DNA of 64,000 bases from NCBI GenBank assembly GCA_963719315.1, contig CAVRBU010000001.1, forward strand, positions 352,001 through 416,000, in the 5' to 3' direction. Made by a program: the position numbers and the translations under genes. The DNA is from an uncultured Planctomycetota bacterium (GTDB taxonomy: Bacteria > Planctomycetota > Planctomycetia > Pirellulales > Lacipirellulaceae). The notes beneath the pieces are model-generated. The model saw only the letters and a program-made list of their open reading frames with translations, was not told the origin of the DNA and did not search any database. Shown one piece after another: positions 61,712-64,000 of this stretch; position 1 is the first letter of the stretch, and each line of letters opens with the position of its first letter.

Positions 61712-63392
61712 CTACACCGCCACCTCCGGCTCGCCCCACTCCGCCACGAAATCCGCGTGGCACTTCGGGCACCGCACTTTCTTGCCGAGAAAGCCGCCCT
61801 TCGATTTACTTGCGTGGCCGCACTTCGGGCACACTACGCGGAATCGCCAAGCCCCATCGTCGCCGACGGCAAGCATCGTCCCGTTCGGCAAGTCTTTGAA
61901 CTCGATGTCGTCCGTCTCCAACAGCATCAATTGATCGGCAGACAACTCGCGGATGTCGGCGATGCGGTTCGCCATCCGCCGAATCGCCTGCTCGAACAAA
62001 TTGCGCACGGCTCGCCCATTGCCAAAATGCCGATCGCGCCGCCGGTGCAACTCCGCCAGCCCCAGCATCAGTTTCGCTCGCGTCCCCTCGCCCAGTTTGT
62101 AGCGGTTCTTTTCGCAGAGCAGCGCGAAGATCCGGGCCATTTCGACCGGCGCATAGTCTTCGAACTGCAGCATGCGATTAAACCGCGACGACAAGCCCGG
62201 GTTCGACTTCAATAGCGCCTGCATCTCGTCCGGATAACCAGCCAAAATAACGACCAACCGACTCCGATCGTCCTCGGCACGCTTCAACAGCGCCTGTACC
62301 GCCTCATTGCCGTACGGGTCCTGCCCATCGCGTGAGACCAGACTGTACGCCTCGTCGATGAATAGCACGCCATCCAGCGCCTCGTTGATTTTGGCTTGCG
62401 TCTTGGCGGCCGTTTGCCCCATGTAGTCGGCCACGAGGCCCGACCGATCCGTTTCGACGAGATGCCCCTTCTGCAGAATTCCCATCGCCCCAAAAATCTT
62501 ACCCAGTATTCGCGCGACCGAAGTCTTGCCGGTCCCCGGGTTGCCCGTGAACACCATGTGCAGGCTGATCTCGGTATCGCCGATGCCCGCTTCGCCGCGC
62601 CGCCGCTGCAACTTCAAATAGTTCACGAGCGTGCGGACCTCGTGTTTAATCGGCTCCAGCCCAATCAATTCGTCCAGTTCCGCAAGCGCGGCCTCGAGTG
62701 CCACCCGTACTTCAATCTTTCCGGACTTACCGTTCGCCGCTTGGTCGGTTTCAAATGCTTGCCGTGGGCCTTGCCGCGTCGCCGCGCGAACGTCCGCCGC
62801 GTCCTTCTGCATGGTCGCGATCGCCTGGTTGCTCACCGCCAGCGGCTCATTGTGCGTGGTCGGCTGGTCGATCGGCACCGGCCGCAGATGATGATGCAGC
62901 TCGTCGCGAATCGATTGAATAACGGCCGCTTCTTTATCTTTCAACGTCCCATCCGCGCGACCCACGATGTTGGCCAGCCGCATTACGATCGTTTCCAGTG
63001 CCCCGATGCGTTCGCGCAGCGGCACGATCCGATCGAACGGCCGAATGAGACTGTACCACTGCAACTTATCCGTCTGCTCCGCCGCCTTGCGGGCCGCGGC
63101 GTTGAGCTTGTCGCCAGTCAACCGCTGATTCCACAAATGCTCAAACAGCTCAACCGCCATGTCCCGCTCGGCCTGCGACCATTCCTGGTCCGCCTCGCAA
63201 ACCGTCACATAAATCTTGAGCGCAGCGCCCGGTGCAAATCATCCATGAGCTGTACGAATTCGTCGCCCGATTGCGAGATCAGGTGCGGATACTGTTGGCG
63301 CAGAGCTGCCCACTGGAAACGTACAACTCACGGCACTCATCGAGCGTTGCACGTAGGAGCGAAGGCGCATCAGAATTCTCGCGGCCCAACAT
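61712..63392 (-). CDS. AAA ATPase of CbbX/SpoVK/EccA type with TerB-like N-terminal helices and a C-terminal zinc ribbon; two apparent frameshifts near 63224 and 63297
   Basis: HMVFTGNPGTGKT, VLFIDEAY, NPGLSSRF, FGNGRAVRN and CPKC..CPKC; N-terminus reconstructs as MLGRENS...LDECRELYVSSG...MDDLHRAL.LKIYVTVCEAD. Confidence 0.88.
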
Positions 63393-63536
63393 CGCAGCAT
63401 TACCCATCCAAAGAGTTACACCGCGAGCTTAACACATAAGAAGTCGAAATGGCTAGATTGGGCCCACGTGGCCGCGTCTCTCCGAGACGCGAACGAATGT
63501 CAGGCTTCAGCCAAGTTGTGCGTGAGTCTCCCGAAA

Positions 63537-63646
63537 GGTTGTGCGCGGGTCTCACGACCCCGCATCGCCAACCGACCGAAGGTCTCCACGCTGGCGGGAG
63601 ACCTACGGTCGGCGCTTTCGGCGGGGTCAGGAGACCCGCGCCGAAC
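63537..63646. repeat. REP-like palindromic repeat, copy 3
   Basis: GGTTGTGCGCGGGTCTCACGACCCCGCA..GACCGAAGGTCTCC..GGAGACCTACGGTC..GCGGGGTCAGGAGACCCGCGCCGAAC. Confidence 0.85.
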
Positions 63647-63691
63647 TAGCCTGACACCCTCTGCGTCCCAACGGTCAGGCTAAAGTCCGAC

Positions 63692-64000
63692 CTACTTCTC
63701 TTCCTTTTTCTCCCCCTTCAGCGCTTTCTCGTAAAACGCTTCCAGATCCTTCCGCAATTGCTTCATCGCCGGCTCGTAGATGTACATCATGTGTCCGGCC
63801 TCATAGAACTTGTGATCGATGTTCTTCTGCAACTCGGCCGGCAGCCGCAAATGCTCCACGCTGTACTTCACCGTGGGCGGCGGCGTTGCCAGATCGTAGT
63901 AACCGCTTGCCACGAACAATTTCAAATACGGGTTCTGCGACATCGCCTGCCGCAATGTGTTCGTCGCATCCGGATAACGCGACATGAACCGCCCATAACT
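63692..64000 (-). CDS. Peptidase S10 (serine carboxypeptidase) C-terminal part; 5' end outside the window
   Basis: LRQAMSQNPYLKLFVASGYYDLATP and YEAGHMMY catalytic His motif. Confidence 0.88.
   Translation of the reverse strand, partial: SYGRFMSRYPDATNTLRQAMSQNPYLKLFVASGYYDLATPPPTVKYSVEHLRLPAELQKNIDHKFYEAGHMMYIYEPAMKQLRKDLEAFYEKALKGEKKEEK

Noticed and set aside
1..64000. CRISPR array, tRNA, tmRNA or rRNA
   Set aside because: No regularly spaced repeat-spacer array and no recognisable structural-RNA signatures seen by eye.

Overview
A GC-rich bacterial chromosomal window, most likely from a planctomycete (Pirellulales, Lacipirellulaceae-like). This assignment is inferred from DUF1559 proteins, sulfatase and sulfotransferase genes, several CsrA paralogues, and PEP-CTERM proteins carrying the GDYNxxxxVDAADYxxWR motif. 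It holds about 50 genes, including kdsA, arfB, bioB, leuC/leuD, glnS, thpR, motA/motB, an RND efflux pair, transporters, hydrolases and a Ser/Thr kinase, plus one complete ISKra4-family IS and several families of short palindromic repeats. I found no rRNA, tRNA or CRISPR array. Highlights: (1) a putative sigma54/Csr regulatory hub at 9-18.4 kb, with four GG-N10-GC promoters, two csrA paralogues, GGA-rich leaders, a candidate structured sRNA, and an IS inserted between a consensus sigma54 promoter and a GGA-rich leader; (2) a family of inverted 7-mer-array elements found empty, bracketing a four-helix-bundle gene, and translated in frame inside GlnRS; (3) two small toxin-antitoxin-like gene pairs; (4) nine apparent frameshifts, eight at or next to GCGC, which are probably sequencing errors and may reflect DNA methylation. 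All product calls come from motif recognition by eye, not from database searches.
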